Source: Nocardioides sp. (lineage in GTDB: Bacteria > Actinomycetota > Actinomycetes > Propionibacteriales > Nocardioidaceae). Taken from it: a stretch of 64,000 nucleotides of DNA. The stretch's first letter is position 1, and each line of letters starts with the position of its first letter. The DNA lies in NCBI RefSeq assembly GCF_035503875.1, contig NZ_DATJTA010000022.1, positions 12,607 to 76,606 on the forward strand, read 5' to 3'. The position numbers were made by a program, and so were the translations under genes. Of the stretch, positions 53,772-63,070 are shown piece by piece. The notes below the pieces were generated by a model. That model was not told the origin of the DNA. It searched no databases and was given only the letters and a program-made list of their open reading frames with translations.

Positions 53772-54007
53772 GACGCGCTGTTCCCGGAGTTCCCTCGCGG
53801 CTTAAGTTAAGGAACGCTGAGAACGGCAGACAGACACAAAGGGCTCAGATTCACTAGTCCGAACTAACTAGTCATTTCGGACTATGCGGACCTTGGGGCA
53901 GACCTTGGGGCAGACCTCGGGGCTCCCTCGGGGCCGCGGACGCGGCGTACCGTAGCCCACACTCGCGGAAGGCCGGACCGTCCCCGTGCTCCCGTACCCT
54001 GGGAGCC

Positions 54008-56251
54008 ATGCCGTCGTCCTCACAGCCGCCCGCCTCGCCGCCGCCCGACCCCCGCGGCGAGCGCCTGACCACGAGCACGGTGCTCTCGCACGTCGCCGTG
54101 ATGCTCGCCGTCTCGGCCGTGCTGGGCGTCATCGTCGCCGGCCTGGCGATCCCCTTCGCGGGCGTGGTGGGCATCGGCGCGCGCAACGCCTCCGAGGCGA
54201 TCTCCGACCTGCCCGAGGAGCTCGACACCGGCGTCCTCCCCCAGCGCACGCAGATCCTGGACCGCCAGGGCCAGGTGATGGCGACGATCTACGACCAGAA
54301 CCGGGTCGAGGTCTCGCTCTCCCAGATCTCGCGCACGATGGTGAAGGCGATCGTCGCCATCGAGGACTACCGCTTCTACGAGCACGGCGCCCTCGACCTC
54401 AAGGGCACCCTGCGCGCCTTCCTGACCAACGCGGCCAACGACGGCGCGACCGTGCAGGGCGGCTCCTCGATCACCCAGCAGCTGGTCAAGCAGACGCTGG
54501 TGACCCAGGCGACCACCGACGAGGAGCGCCGCGAGGCGACCGCCACCGACTACGCCCGCAAGCTGCGTGAGCTGCGCTACGCCATCGCCATGGAGGAGGA
54601 GCACAGCAAGGACTGGATCCTCGAGCGCTACCTCAACATCGCCTACTTCGGCGACGGCGCGTACGGCATCCAGGCGGCGGCCAAGCACTACTTCAACGTC
54701 AACGCGCGCAAGCTCGACCTGCGCCAGTCCGCGATGCTCGCCGGTCTCGTGCAGAGCCCGGACGCGCTCGACCCGACCGACAACCCCGACCGGGCGCTGG
54801 CGCGCCGCAACGTCGTCCTGGATCGGATGGCCCAGCTCAACGTCATCCCCCAGGAACGGGCCGACCGGGTCAAGCAGCGCTCCCTCGGGCTGAACGTGCA
54901 GCCCGCCAACAACGGCTGCACCTCCGCCTCCGCGCCGTTCTTCTGCGACTACGTCCTGAAGTACCTCATGCGCGACAAGTCGCTCGGCAAGACCGTCGCC
55001 GAGCGGGAGCAGCTTCTCAAGTCCGGCGGCCTGACGATCAAGACCACCCTGGACCAGCGGTTCCAGGACGGCGCCGACGCCGCGGTCCAGGACACCGTCT
55101 CGCCTCAGGCGCAGGCGATCGGCGGCCTGGCGATGGTCGAGCCCGGCACCGGCGAGGTCCGCGCGGTCGCCCAGTCCCGCCCGATGGGGCGCGACAAGAA
55201 GGCCGGCCAGACGTTCATCAACTACGCCGTCAACCAGAAGTACGGCGCCGCCAAGGGCTTCCAGGGCGGCTCGACGTTCAAGGCGTTCGTGCTCGCCCAG
55301 GCGATCGAGGACGGCATCCCGCTCTCGAAGTCGATCTTCTCGCCCAACCCCGGCACCTTCCAGGAGGAGGACTACGAGGACTGCGACGGCGAGCCCTACG
55401 GCTACGGCCAGTTCACGGTCCCCAACTCCACGACCGGCAGCATCAACGCCAACATGTACAACGGCACCCGGCTGTCGGTGAACACCTTCTTCCTCGGCCT
55501 GGAGAAGGAGACCGGCATCTGCGAGCCGTTCAACCTGGCCAAGAAGATGGGCCTGGACCTCGACAACCCCACCGGTGACGAGCGGGGCAACGGCGCCGAG
55601 CGGATCCCCAACTTCACCCTCGGCACCGCCGACGTGAGCCCGCTGGAGATGGCCGAGGCGTACGCCACCTTCGCCGCCCGCGGCAAGCACTGCGACGCCC
55701 GACCGGTGACGGCGATCGAGGACAGCAAGGGCAACGTGCTCAAGAAGTACAAGCCGACCTGCACCCAGGTGCTGCAGGAGAGCACGGCCGACGCCGTCAA
55801 CGACATCCTGCGCGGCGTCATCGAGGGCGGATTCGCCTCGGCCCAGAACCTCGGCCGCGACGCGGGCGGCAAGACCGGGACGACCAACAACGGCAACTCG
55901 GTGTGGTTCGTCGGCTACACGCCGACGATGGCGACGGCGGCGATGATCGCCGGCGCCAACCAGGAGGGCTCGCCGTCCAGCCTGATCGGCGTCAACATCG
56001 GGTCGTCCACCGTCTACAGCGCGTCCGGTACGCGCCTGGCCGCGCCGATCTGGGGCGCCGCGATGCGTACGGCGCTCCCGCACATCGACAACGCCGACTT
56101 CGTCTACCCCTCGGGCGTCCAGGGCGCCGGCGTGACCGCACCCGCCCCGCCGCCGCGGTCGAGCGGTGGCGGCGGTCGCGACGACGACAACGACCGCGGT
56201 GGTCGTGGCGGCCGTGGCGGCGGCAACGGCGGCGGCCGCGGCGGGCGCTGA
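54008..56251 (+). CDS. Class A penicillin-binding protein (transglycosylase/transpeptidase) with Gly/Arg-rich C-terminal tail
   Basis: GT51 motifs IEDYRFYEHGALD and GGSSITQQLVK. Transpeptidase motifs GGSTFK and GGKTGTT. The C-terminus reads RSSGGGGRDDDNDRGGRGGRGGGNGGGRGGR. Confidence 0.9.
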   Translation: MPSSSQPPASPPPDPRGERLTTSTVLSHVAVMLAVSAVLGVIVAGLAIPFAGVVGIGARNASEAISDLPEELDTGVLPQRTQILDRQGQVMATIYDQNRVEVSLSQISRTMVKAIVAIEDYRFYEHGALDLKGTLRAFLTNAANDGATVQGGSSITQQLVKQTLVTQATTDEERREATATDYARKLRELRYAIAMEEEHSKDWILERYLNIAYFGDGAYGIQAAAKHYFNVNARKLDLRQSAMLAGLVQSPDALDPTDNPDRALARRNVVLDRMAQLNVIPQERADRVKQRSLGLNVQPANNGCTSASAPFFCDYVLKYLMRDKSLGKTVAEREQLLKSGGLTIKTTLDQRFQDGADAAVQDTVSPQAQAIGGLAMVEPGTGEVRAVAQSRPMGRDKKAGQTFINYAVNQKYGAAKGFQGGSTFKAFVLAQAIEDGIPLSKSIFSPNPGTFQEEDYEDCDGEPYGYGQFTVPNSTTGSINANMYNGTRLSVNTFFLGLEKETGICEPFNLAKKMGLDLDNPTGDERGNGAERIPNFTLGTADVSPLEMAEAYATFAARGKHCDARPVTAIEDSKGNVLKKYKPTCTQVLQESTADAVNDILRGVIEGGFASAQNLGRDAGGKTGTTNNGNSVWFVGYTPTMATAAMIAGANQEGSPSSLIGVNIGSSTVYSASGTRLAAPIWGAAMRTALPHIDNADFVYPSGVQGAGVTAPAPPPRSSGGGGRDDDNDRGGRGGRGGGNGGGRGGR

Positions 56252-56271
56252 CCCCCGCGTGCCGCGGGGTC
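56250..56271. terminator. Short hairpin between convergent PBP and gatB/yqeY-like genes
   Basis: GACCCCCGCG-tgc-CGCGGGGTC (9 bp with a one-C bulge). Confidence 0.4.
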
Positions 56272-56275
56272 GCCG

Positions 56276-56743
56276 TCAGCCGAGCTGGCGGCGTACCTCC
56301 GCGGCGACGGCCGCGCCGTCCGCCCGGCCCTTGACCTGGGGCTGGACGACACCCATGACCTTGCCCATGGCCTTCATGCCCTCGCCGGCGGCACCGACCT
56401 GCTCGACGGCGGCCGTGACGATGGCCGAGATCTCCTCGACGCTGAGCTGCTGCGGCAGGTAGTCGGCGAGCACCTCGGCCTCGGCGCGCTCCTTGGCGGC
56501 CATCTCGGGGCGGTTGCCGTCGTCGAAGGCGACGGCGGCCTCGCGGCGCTTCTTCGCCTCCGTGGACAGCACGCCGATGACGTCGTCGTCGCTGAGCTCG
56601 CGGGCCTCCTTGCCGGCGACCTCGGCGTTGGTGAGGGCCGTCAGCACCATCCGCAGCGTGGAGGAGCGCACCTCGTCCCGGGCCTTGATGGCGGTGGTGA
56701 GATCGGCGCGGAGTCGGTCCTTCAGGGAGCTCATGCGGGCCAT
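56276..56743 (-). CDS. GatB/YqeY domain protein
   Basis: MARMSSLKDRLRADLTTAIKARDEVRSSTLRMVLTALTNAEV is a canonical YqeY N-terminus. Confidence 0.85.
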   Translation of the reverse strand: MARMSSLKDRLRADLTTAIKARDEVRSSTLRMVLTALTNAEVAGKEARELSDDDVIGVLSTEAKKRREAAVAFDDGNRPEMAAKERAEAEVLADYLPQQLSVEEISAIVTAAVEQVGAAGEGMKAMGKVMGVVQPQVKGRADGAAVAAEVRRQLG

Positions 56744-57684
56744 TGTGGCAGCCTTGCCACGTGCCCCTCACCCGTGTTCTCCCTCGGCTCCTGGGAGCGG
56801 GCGCGCTCGCCGGGGCCGGGCTCACGGCGTACGCCCTGGGCGAGGCCCGGCGCTACACGCTGCGGCACGTCGAGGTGCCGATCCTGCCGGCGGGGCAGCG
56901 CCCGCTGCGCGTCCTGCACCTGTCCGACCTGCACGTCACGCCGGGGCAGACGCGCAAGCTGGAATGGCTCGCCGGGCTGTCCGTGCTCCGTCCCGACCTG
57001 GTCGTCGACACCGGCGACAACCTGGCCCACCGCGAGGCGGTGCCCGCCGTCCGCGAGGCGCTCGGGCCGCTGCTCGACGTGCCGGGCGTGTTCGTGATGG
57101 GCAGCAACGACTACTTCGAGCCGTCCTTCCGCAACCCGTTCCGCTACCTGCTGCCCGACTCCGGGAAGCGGCACACCGACGTACCCCAGCTGCCATGGCG
57201 CGAGCTGCGCGACGGCTTCACCGAGCGCGGGTGGGTCGACCTGACCAACACCCGAGCCCGGCTGCAGGTCGGCGAGACGACGATTGCCTTCGCCGGGGTC
57301 GACGACCCGCACCTGCGCTACGACCGGCTCGAGGACGTCGCCGGACCGGCCGATCCCACGGCCGACCTGCGGCTCGGGGTCGCGCACGCGCCGTACCTGC
57401 GGGTGCTGGACCAGTACGCCGCCGACGGGTACGACGCCGTCCTCGCCGGCCACACGCACGGCGGCCAGGTGTGCCTGCCGGGCGGTCGCGCGCTGACCAC
57501 CAACTGCGACCTGGACCCCGCGCGCGCCAGCGGCCTGCACCGCCACCCGGCCGACTCCCGCCCCGGCGATCCCGGCTCCGCATGGCTGCACGTCTCGGCC
57601 GGCCTCGGCACCAGCCCCTACGCCCGGATCCGGGTCGCGTGCCGCCCGGAGGCCACGCTGCTCACCTTCGTCCCGGCGAGCTGA
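56743..57684 (+). CDS. Metallophosphoesterase (Rv3683-like)
   Basis: Motifs HLSDLHV, DTGDN, GSNDY and GHTHGGQ. The start is uncertain (TTG 56743 or GTG 56761). Confidence 0.8.
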   Translation: MWQPCHVPLTRVLPRLLGAGALAGAGLTAYALGEARRYTLRHVEVPILPAGQRPLRVLHLSDLHVTPGQTRKLEWLAGLSVLRPDLVVDTGDNLAHREAVPAVREALGPLLDVPGVFVMGSNDYFEPSFRNPFRYLLPDSGKRHTDVPQLPWRELRDGFTERGWVDLTNTRARLQVGETTIAFAGVDDPHLRYDRLEDVAGPADPTADLRLGVAHAPYLRVLDQYAADGYDAVLAGHTHGGQVCLPGGRALTTNCDLDPARASGLHRHPADSRPGDPGSAWLHVSAGLGTSPYARIRVACRPEATLLTFVPAS

Positions 57685-57772
57685 CCGACCGGCACCCGCG
57701 ATTTCGAGGAGCCCCACCCGCTCCGGTATGCTCCCGTGCTTGTGAGCCCGGCCTTGGCCGATGCTCATGGAT

Positions 57773-57849
<77 letters not shown>

Positions 57850-57870
57850 GATGATGTCCTCCGACATCGC

Positions 57871-57908
57871 GGACACCCGGACCTACGGAGACGTAGGTCC
57901 GGGTGTCC
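57871..57908 (+). terminator. Perfect 17-bp hairpin downstream of tRNA-Pro
   Basis: GGACACCCGGACCTACG-gaga-CGTAGGTCCGGGTGTCC, followed by TGCATTTCC. Confidence 0.55.
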
Positions 57909-57952
57909 TGCATTTCCGGCAGGTCCGGCGTCCCGGCCCTAGGGTTCGGGGC

Positions 57953-58357
57953 ATGAGGGCCAGGACGCTGTCCGTTCCGCTCGCGGTGCTCGCAGGCGTC
58001 GGTGGTGGGCGGCTGACCGCGATCGCGCTGCGAGCCGTCGTGCCCGCCTCGCGATCGAGGGTCCTGTCGGCCTCGCTGGTCCCGGTCGCGCTGGTCTACC
58101 CCCTCGCCCGGACGGCGGTCGACGACCGGCGGGCCGTGCTGAGGGAGGTCGGCGGGGTGGCGGCGATGGCGGCCGCGACGGCGCTGGCCGCCCGGAGCGA
58201 CCGGTCCACCCGCGTCACGGCGTACGGCTGGCTCGCGCATGCCGCCTTCGACCTCGTCCACGATCCCGGCCGGGACTCGCGGCTCCCCGACTGGTACCCG
58301 GCACTCTGCGCGGGATTCGACGCCGGGGTCGCCTGGGACCTGCTCGCGAGGCCCTGA
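57953..58357 (+). CDS. Hypothetical membrane protein
   Basis: ORF 57761..58357 trimmed to ATG 57953, because the upstream part overlaps the tRNA. It has hydrophobic segments but no recognised motif. Confidence 0.45.
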   Translation: MRARTLSVPLAVLAGVGGGRLTAIALRAVVPASRSRVLSASLVPVALVYPLARTAVDDRRAVLREVGGVAAMAAATALAARSDRSTRVTAYGWLAHAAFDLVHDPGRDSRLPDWYPALCAGFDAGVAWDLLARP

Positions 58358-58384
58358 GCGACGCAGTGCCCGTACGCTGCGCCC

Positions 58385-59641
58385 ATGGCGGGGCACCTGG
58401 CACGAGCGACCCGGGGCGACCTCCTGGTGGCCTCGGCCTGCGCGGTCCTGAGCCTGGCGATGCTGGTCCTGATCCCCCTCCTGGAGCAGGCCGACCCGGC
58501 CGCCGTCGACGGCGCGCCCGCCCCGGGTGGCGCCGCGTGGTGGGCGTCGGTCGTCGTCCTCCTCGTGCAGTCATCGGCGCTGGTGTGGCGTCGCACGCAC
58601 CCCGAGGCCGTCGCCGCGCTGTCCGCGGCCGCGGTGCCGGTCGGGGCGGCGGTCGGGATGGGTCCGGCCCTCGGCCTGACGTCGGTGGCGCTGCTCGTCG
58701 CGGTCTACACGCTGGCGACGCTCCGCGCCCCGACCCGCCATCGGCCCCTGCTGGTGCTGATCGGCGTGCTGATCGCCAGCGGGCATCTCGCCGCCGCTCT
58801 CCGCACGGACCTGTCGGCCGGCCAGGCGGTCGGGACCGCGCTGCTGCAGGTCGTCAGCCTGATCGGCGCTCCGCTGCTCGTCGCCGCGCTCGTGGTGGCC
58901 CGGCGCGAGGCCCGGACGGCGAGCGCCGACCGGCTGCGAGCGCTCGCACGCGAGCAGGAGGCGCTGATCCAGGCGGCGGTCGCCCGGGAGCGGACCGCGA
59001 TGGCCCGCGAGCTCCACGACATCGCCGCGCACCACCTGACCGGGATCGCGGTGATGAGCGCGGCCATCGCCGGCCAGATCGACACCGACCCCGCGGCCGC
59101 GAAGGCCTCCGTCGGGGAGGTACGACGCCAGAGCACGGCCGTCCTGCGCGACCTGCGCAGCCTGGTCGGCCTGCTGCGCGACCAGGACGAGTCCGCGGGC
59201 ACGACCACCGGGGTCCGCGTCGAGACGCTGGCGGGCCTGCCCGAGCTGGTCGCCGGGGTCACGACCTCCGGGCAGGACGTGGGGCTGACCGTGCTCGGAC
59301 CGGCCGACGGTCGGTCGCCGGACGCGGGGATCGGCCCGCTGGCCCAGCTGGCGGCGTACCGGATGGTCCAGGAGGCGCTCGCCAACGCGGCCCGGCACGC
59401 CCCCGGAGCCCGCTGCGAGGTCGAGGTCGACGACCGCGATCCCGCGGCCCTGGAGGTCACGGTGCGCAACGGTCCGGCCCCGCACCCGCCCGACCCCGGC
59501 GGGCGTGGTGGACTCGGGCTCGTGGGGATGCGGGAACGGGCCGAGCTGACCGGTAGCAGGCTCGAGGCGGGCATGACACCCGACGGCGGCTGGCTGGTCC
59601 GGCTGAGCATCCCGCGGGCCGAGCCGGTGGGGACGTCGTGA
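58385..59641 (+). CDS. Sensor histidine kinase, HisKA_3 class, module 2
   Basis: It has N-terminal TM segments, the H-box RERTAMARELHDIAAHHLT, and HATPase_c motifs (EALANAARHA, GLGLVGMRERA). Confidence 0.85.
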   Translation: MAGHLARATRGDLLVASACAVLSLAMLVLIPLLEQADPAAVDGAPAPGGAAWWASVVVLLVQSSALVWRRTHPEAVAALSAAAVPVGAAVGMGPALGLTSVALLVAVYTLATLRAPTRHRPLLVLIGVLIASGHLAAALRTDLSAGQAVGTALLQVVSLIGAPLLVAALVVARREARTASADRLRALAREQEALIQAAVARERTAMARELHDIAAHHLTGIAVMSAAIAGQIDTDPAAAKASVGEVRRQSTAVLRDLRSLVGLLRDQDESAGTTTGVRVETLAGLPELVAGVTTSGQDVGLTVLGPADGRSPDAGIGPLAQLAAYRMVQEALANAARHAPGARCEVEVDDRDPAALEVTVRNGPAPHPPDPGGRGGLGLVGMRERAELTGSRLEAGMTPDGGWLVRLSIPRAEPVGTS

Positions 59642-60315
59642 TCCGGGTCGTGGTCGCCGACGACCAGCCGATGGTGCGCGCCGGCCTGACCGCCCTGCTC
59701 GACGCGGCACCCGACATCGAGGTCGTCGCCGCGGTGGCGGACGGCCGCGCAGCCGTCGACGCTGCCCGGGAGCACCGCGTCGACGTGGTGTGCACCGACA
59801 TCCGGATGCCCGGCTTCGACGGCATCTCCGCGACCCGGGAGCTGAGCGGTCCCGACGTCGAGGAGCCGGTCGCGGTCCTGGTGCTGACGACCTTCGACCT
59901 CGACGAGTACCTCTTCGGCGCGCTGGAGGCCGGCGCGTCCGGCTTCCTGCTGAAGGACGCCGAGCCGGAGGAGCTCGTCGCCGCGGTCCGCTCGGTCGCC
60001 GCCGGCAACGGCACCATCGACACCTCGCTCACGAAGCGGGTGCTGCGCGAGGTGGTCACCCGTCGGGGCACCCGGCCGGTCGTGGCGAGCCCGGAGAACG
60101 GCCGCGCCACCGACCTGCTCACCGCACGCGAGCTGGACATCCTGCTGCTGCTCGCGCAGGGGATGGCGAACGAGGAGATCGCCGCCGAGCTCACCCTCGA
60201 GGTGTCGACGGTGAAGTCCCACCTGGCCCGGATGATGCCCAAGCTCGGTGTCCGCTCGCGGCTCCAGGCCGCGGTCTGGGCGTACCAGAACCGGATCGTC
60301 GAGGTCCCCGGCTGA
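59638..60315 (+). CDS. LuxR/NarL family response regulator, module 2
   Basis: The start overlaps the kinase stop. It has the receiver IRVVVADDQPMVRAG...DVVCTDIRMPGFDG and the HTH LTARELDILLLLAQGMANEEIAAELTLEVSTVKSHLARMM. Confidence 0.9.
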   Translation: MIRVVVADDQPMVRAGLTALLDAAPDIEVVAAVADGRAAVDAAREHRVDVVCTDIRMPGFDGISATRELSGPDVEEPVAVLVLTTFDLDEYLFGALEAGASGFLLKDAEPEELVAAVRSVAAGNGTIDTSLTKRVLREVVTRRGTRPVVASPENGRATDLLTARELDILLLLAQGMANEEIAAELTLEVSTVKSHLARMMPKLGVRSRLQAAVWAYQNRIVEVPG

Positions 60316-60410
60316 GGGTCGCGCCGGGGTCGTTGCATCGAAGGATGGAACCCCGGATCTCCTCCTCACGCGGCTCGTGGACGGTGGCCTCGGATTCCTA
60401 GCGTGGCGGC

Positions 60411-61175
60411 ATGACGATCCAGCACTCCGACCCGGCGCTCGGCGTCGCGACGCGCACCGTCGTACGCCTCGTCGACCTGCACAAGTCCTACCCGCACCGC
60501 ACGGACCCGGTGCCCGCGCTGCGCGGTGTCTCGCTGAGCCTGACCAACGGCTCGTTCACCGCCGTCATGGGTCCGTCGGGCTCGGGCAAGTCCACCCTGC
60601 TCGCATGCGCGGCCGGGCTCGACCTACCCACCAGCGGCCGGGTGGTCGTCGGTGAGCGCGACATCAGCACCCTCTCCCCCGACGCGCTCACCCGCTTCCG
60701 GCGCGACCACGTGGGCTTCGTCTTCCAGGCCTACAACCTCGTCGACCACCTCACGGTCATCGACAACATCACCCTCCCGGTGGTCCTCGCCGGCCGTACG
60801 CCGGACGTCGAGTGGCTCGCCCGGCTGCTCGGGACCGTCGGGCTGGCCGGCCTGGAGCAGCGCCTGCCGGGCGAGCTGTCCGGCGGCCAGGCCCAACGGG
60901 TGGCCATCGCCCGCGCGCTCTACACCCGCCCCGACGTCGTCTTCGCCGACGAGCCCACGGGCGCCCTGGACTCCCGCTCGGCCGCCGTGGTCCTCGACGT
61001 CCTCCGCTCCACCGCCCGCGCGCTCGGCCAGACCGTCGTGGTCGTCACCCACGATCCCCAGGTCGCGGCAGCGGCCGACCGGGTGCTGTTCCTCGCCGAC
61101 GGCCTGCTGGTCGACGAGCTCGAGCGGCCCGATGCGGAGCAGGTCGCCGCGCGGATGCTCGGGCTGGGGCGGTGA
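60411..61175 (+). CDS. ABC transporter ATP-binding protein, module 2
   Basis: Walker A GPSGSGKST, signature LSGGQAQRVAIARAL, Walker B VVFADEPTGALD. Confidence 0.9.
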   Translation: MTIQHSDPALGVATRTVVRLVDLHKSYPHRTDPVPALRGVSLSLTNGSFTAVMGPSGSGKSTLLACAAGLDLPTSGRVVVGERDISTLSPDALTRFRRDHVGFVFQAYNLVDHLTVIDNITLPVVLAGRTPDVEWLARLLGTVGLAGLEQRLPGELSGGQAQRVAIARALYTRPDVVFADEPTGALDSRSAAVVLDVLRSTARALGQTVVVVTHDPQVAAAADRVLFLADGLLVDELERPDAEQVAARMLGLGR

Positions 61176-63058
61176 GCACGATGAGCGACCTCTGGCCCCT
61201 CGCCCGCCGCAGCGCGTGGGCGCACCGCGGCGGCCTGACGGGCACCGGCCTGGTGCTCGGTCTCGCCGGGGTGCTGCTGGCCGTCGCCGGGGTGCTCGCC
61301 GAGTCCGGGCTCCGGGGCGCCGACGGCGGATTCCTCCTGGTGCTGGCGAGCTCGTTCTCCGGCACCGTCAGCATGGTCGTCGTGCTGGTCGTGGCCGCCA
61401 CGGTCTCCCTCGCGCTGCGCGGCCGACGCCGGGAGCTCGCCCTCCTGCGCACCGTCGGCGCCACCCGCGCCCAGCTGCGCGCGCTGATCGGGGCCGAGGT
61501 GCTCCTGGTCGGCGTGGTCGCGGCGCCACTCGGGGCGGTCGCGGGCGTCGTGCTGTCCCGGTTCCTGACCCCGATCCTTCGGGACGCGGGCGCGATCTCG
61601 GCGGGGGGCACGCTCGCCCTCAGCCCGTTGCCCGTCCTCGGCGCCGTCGCGGTGGTGCTCCCGGTCGCCTGGCTCTCCGCCCGGGTCGCCGCCCGGGAGA
61701 CGCTGCGGGCCGCGCCGGGCCAGGCCGTCCGGGCCAGCGCCGTCGAGGCCCGCACGGTCGGCGCCGTACGACGCCTCGCGGCGCTCGCGGTCGGTCTGCT
61801 CGGCCTCGTGGCGGCGTTCAGCCCGCTCGTCGTACCCGGCACGATCGGCAGCGCGAGCGCCGCGACCTCGGCCTTCCTCCTCGTGGGCGCCGCCGCACTC
61901 GCCGGTCCGCTGCTCCTCAGCCGGGCGTTCTCCGGAGCTGCCCGCTGGGACCACCTCCTCGGACCCGCCGGGCGGCTCGCGACCGCCAACCTCCGCGGGT
62001 TCTCGCAGCGGCTCACGATCGTCGTCGTCCCGCTGGCCCTCGCACTCACCGCCGGTACCGCCCAGACCACCGTCGACCGCACGGTCGCCGAGGCCACCCG
62101 CGCACAGCTGACCGACGGCCTGGCCGCCGACCTGGTCGTCGCCGCACCCTCCCGGGTGAGCGAGGTCGCGGACCTCCCCGGCGTCGCCGACACGACGCTC
62201 ATCGCCGGCGCGCCCGCCCGGGTGCGGACCGACGCCGACCTGGACGGCGTGCTCGACGCCCTGGCCTGGGAGCCCGCGGTCGTGCGGTCGCTCGTGCCCG
62301 GCGCGACCGGTCTCCTCGTCGATCCCGAGGTGAGCTCGGGATCGCTCGCCGACCTGGCCGAGCCGGGGACCGTCGCGATCAGCGGCGACGCGACGTTCGA
62401 CACCGGCTTCCGTCTCGGGGGGACCGTCCCGCTGCGCTGGCCCGACGGGAGCACCGACCGGCTCCGGGTCGTCGCCGTGTACGAGCGCGGACTCGGCTTC
62501 GGGGACTACCTGGTCGGACCCGACGCGCCCGCCGGGCACCGTTCGGACAGGACGTCCGAGGCGCTGCTGGTCGACGCCGCGCCCGGAGCCGCCGACGAGG
62601 TCCGGGAGCGGCTCTCCGGGCTCGGGCTGACCGCGACGAGCCCGGCGTCGTACGCCGAGAGCGCCACCTCGGCGAGCAGCGCCGAACGCCGGCTCTCCAC
62701 CGTGCTGCTGCTCGCCCTGCTGGCCTTCGTGTTCCTCGCCGCCGCCAACACGCTGGTCATGGTGACCGCCCGGCGGCGTACCGAGCTCGGGCTCTACGGA
62801 CGCACCGGCGCCACCCGCGCGCAGCTGGTCCGGATGGCCGCCGTCGAGGCGCTGCTGACCGGCGGCCTGGCCTGGCTGATCGGCAGCGTGGCCGTGATGC
62901 CCGCGGTGCTCGGCGTCGGGTTCGGGATGCTCGGCCCCGCGGTCCCGCCGGTCGACGTGCCGTCGTACCTCCTGCTCAGCGCCGGTGTGCTCGCCCTGCC
63001 GCTGCTGACCGTGGTCCCGGTGGTCGTGCGAGCGACCCGCGCTCGATGTGCCGTCTGA
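61172..63058 (+). CDS. ABC transporter FtsX-like permease, module 2
   Basis: ORF 60812.. trimmed to GTG 61172, which overlaps the ATPase stop (alternative ATG 61181). It has two FtsX-type bundles with RRRELALLRTVGATRAQL and RRRTELGLYGRTGATRAQL. Confidence 0.85.
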   Translation: MSTMSDLWPLARRSAWAHRGGLTGTGLVLGLAGVLLAVAGVLAESGLRGADGGFLLVLASSFSGTVSMVVVLVVAATVSLALRGRRRELALLRTVGATRAQLRALIGAEVLLVGVVAAPLGAVAGVVLSRFLTPILRDAGAISAGGTLALSPLPVLGAVAVVLPVAWLSARVAARETLRAAPGQAVRASAVEARTVGAVRRLAALAVGLLGLVAAFSPLVVPGTIGSASAATSAFLLVGAAALAGPLLLSRAFSGAARWDHLLGPAGRLATANLRGFSQRLTIVVVPLALALTAGTAQTTVDRTVAEATRAQLTDGLAADLVVAAPSRVSEVADLPGVADTTLIAGAPARVRTDADLDGVLDALAWEPAVVRSLVPGATGLLVDPEVSSGSLADLAEPGTVAISGDATFDTGFRLGGTVPLRWPDGSTDRLRVVAVYERGLGFGDYLVGPDAPAGHRSDRTSEALLVDAAPGAADEVRERLSGLGLTATSPASYAESATSASSAERRLSTVLLLALLAFVFLAAANTLVMVTARRRTELGLYGRTGATRAQLVRMAAVEALLTGGLAWLIGSVAVMPAVLGVGFGMLGPAVPPVDVPSYLLLSAGVLALPLLTVVPVVVRATRARCAV

Positions 63059-63070
63059 CACACTGGCCGT

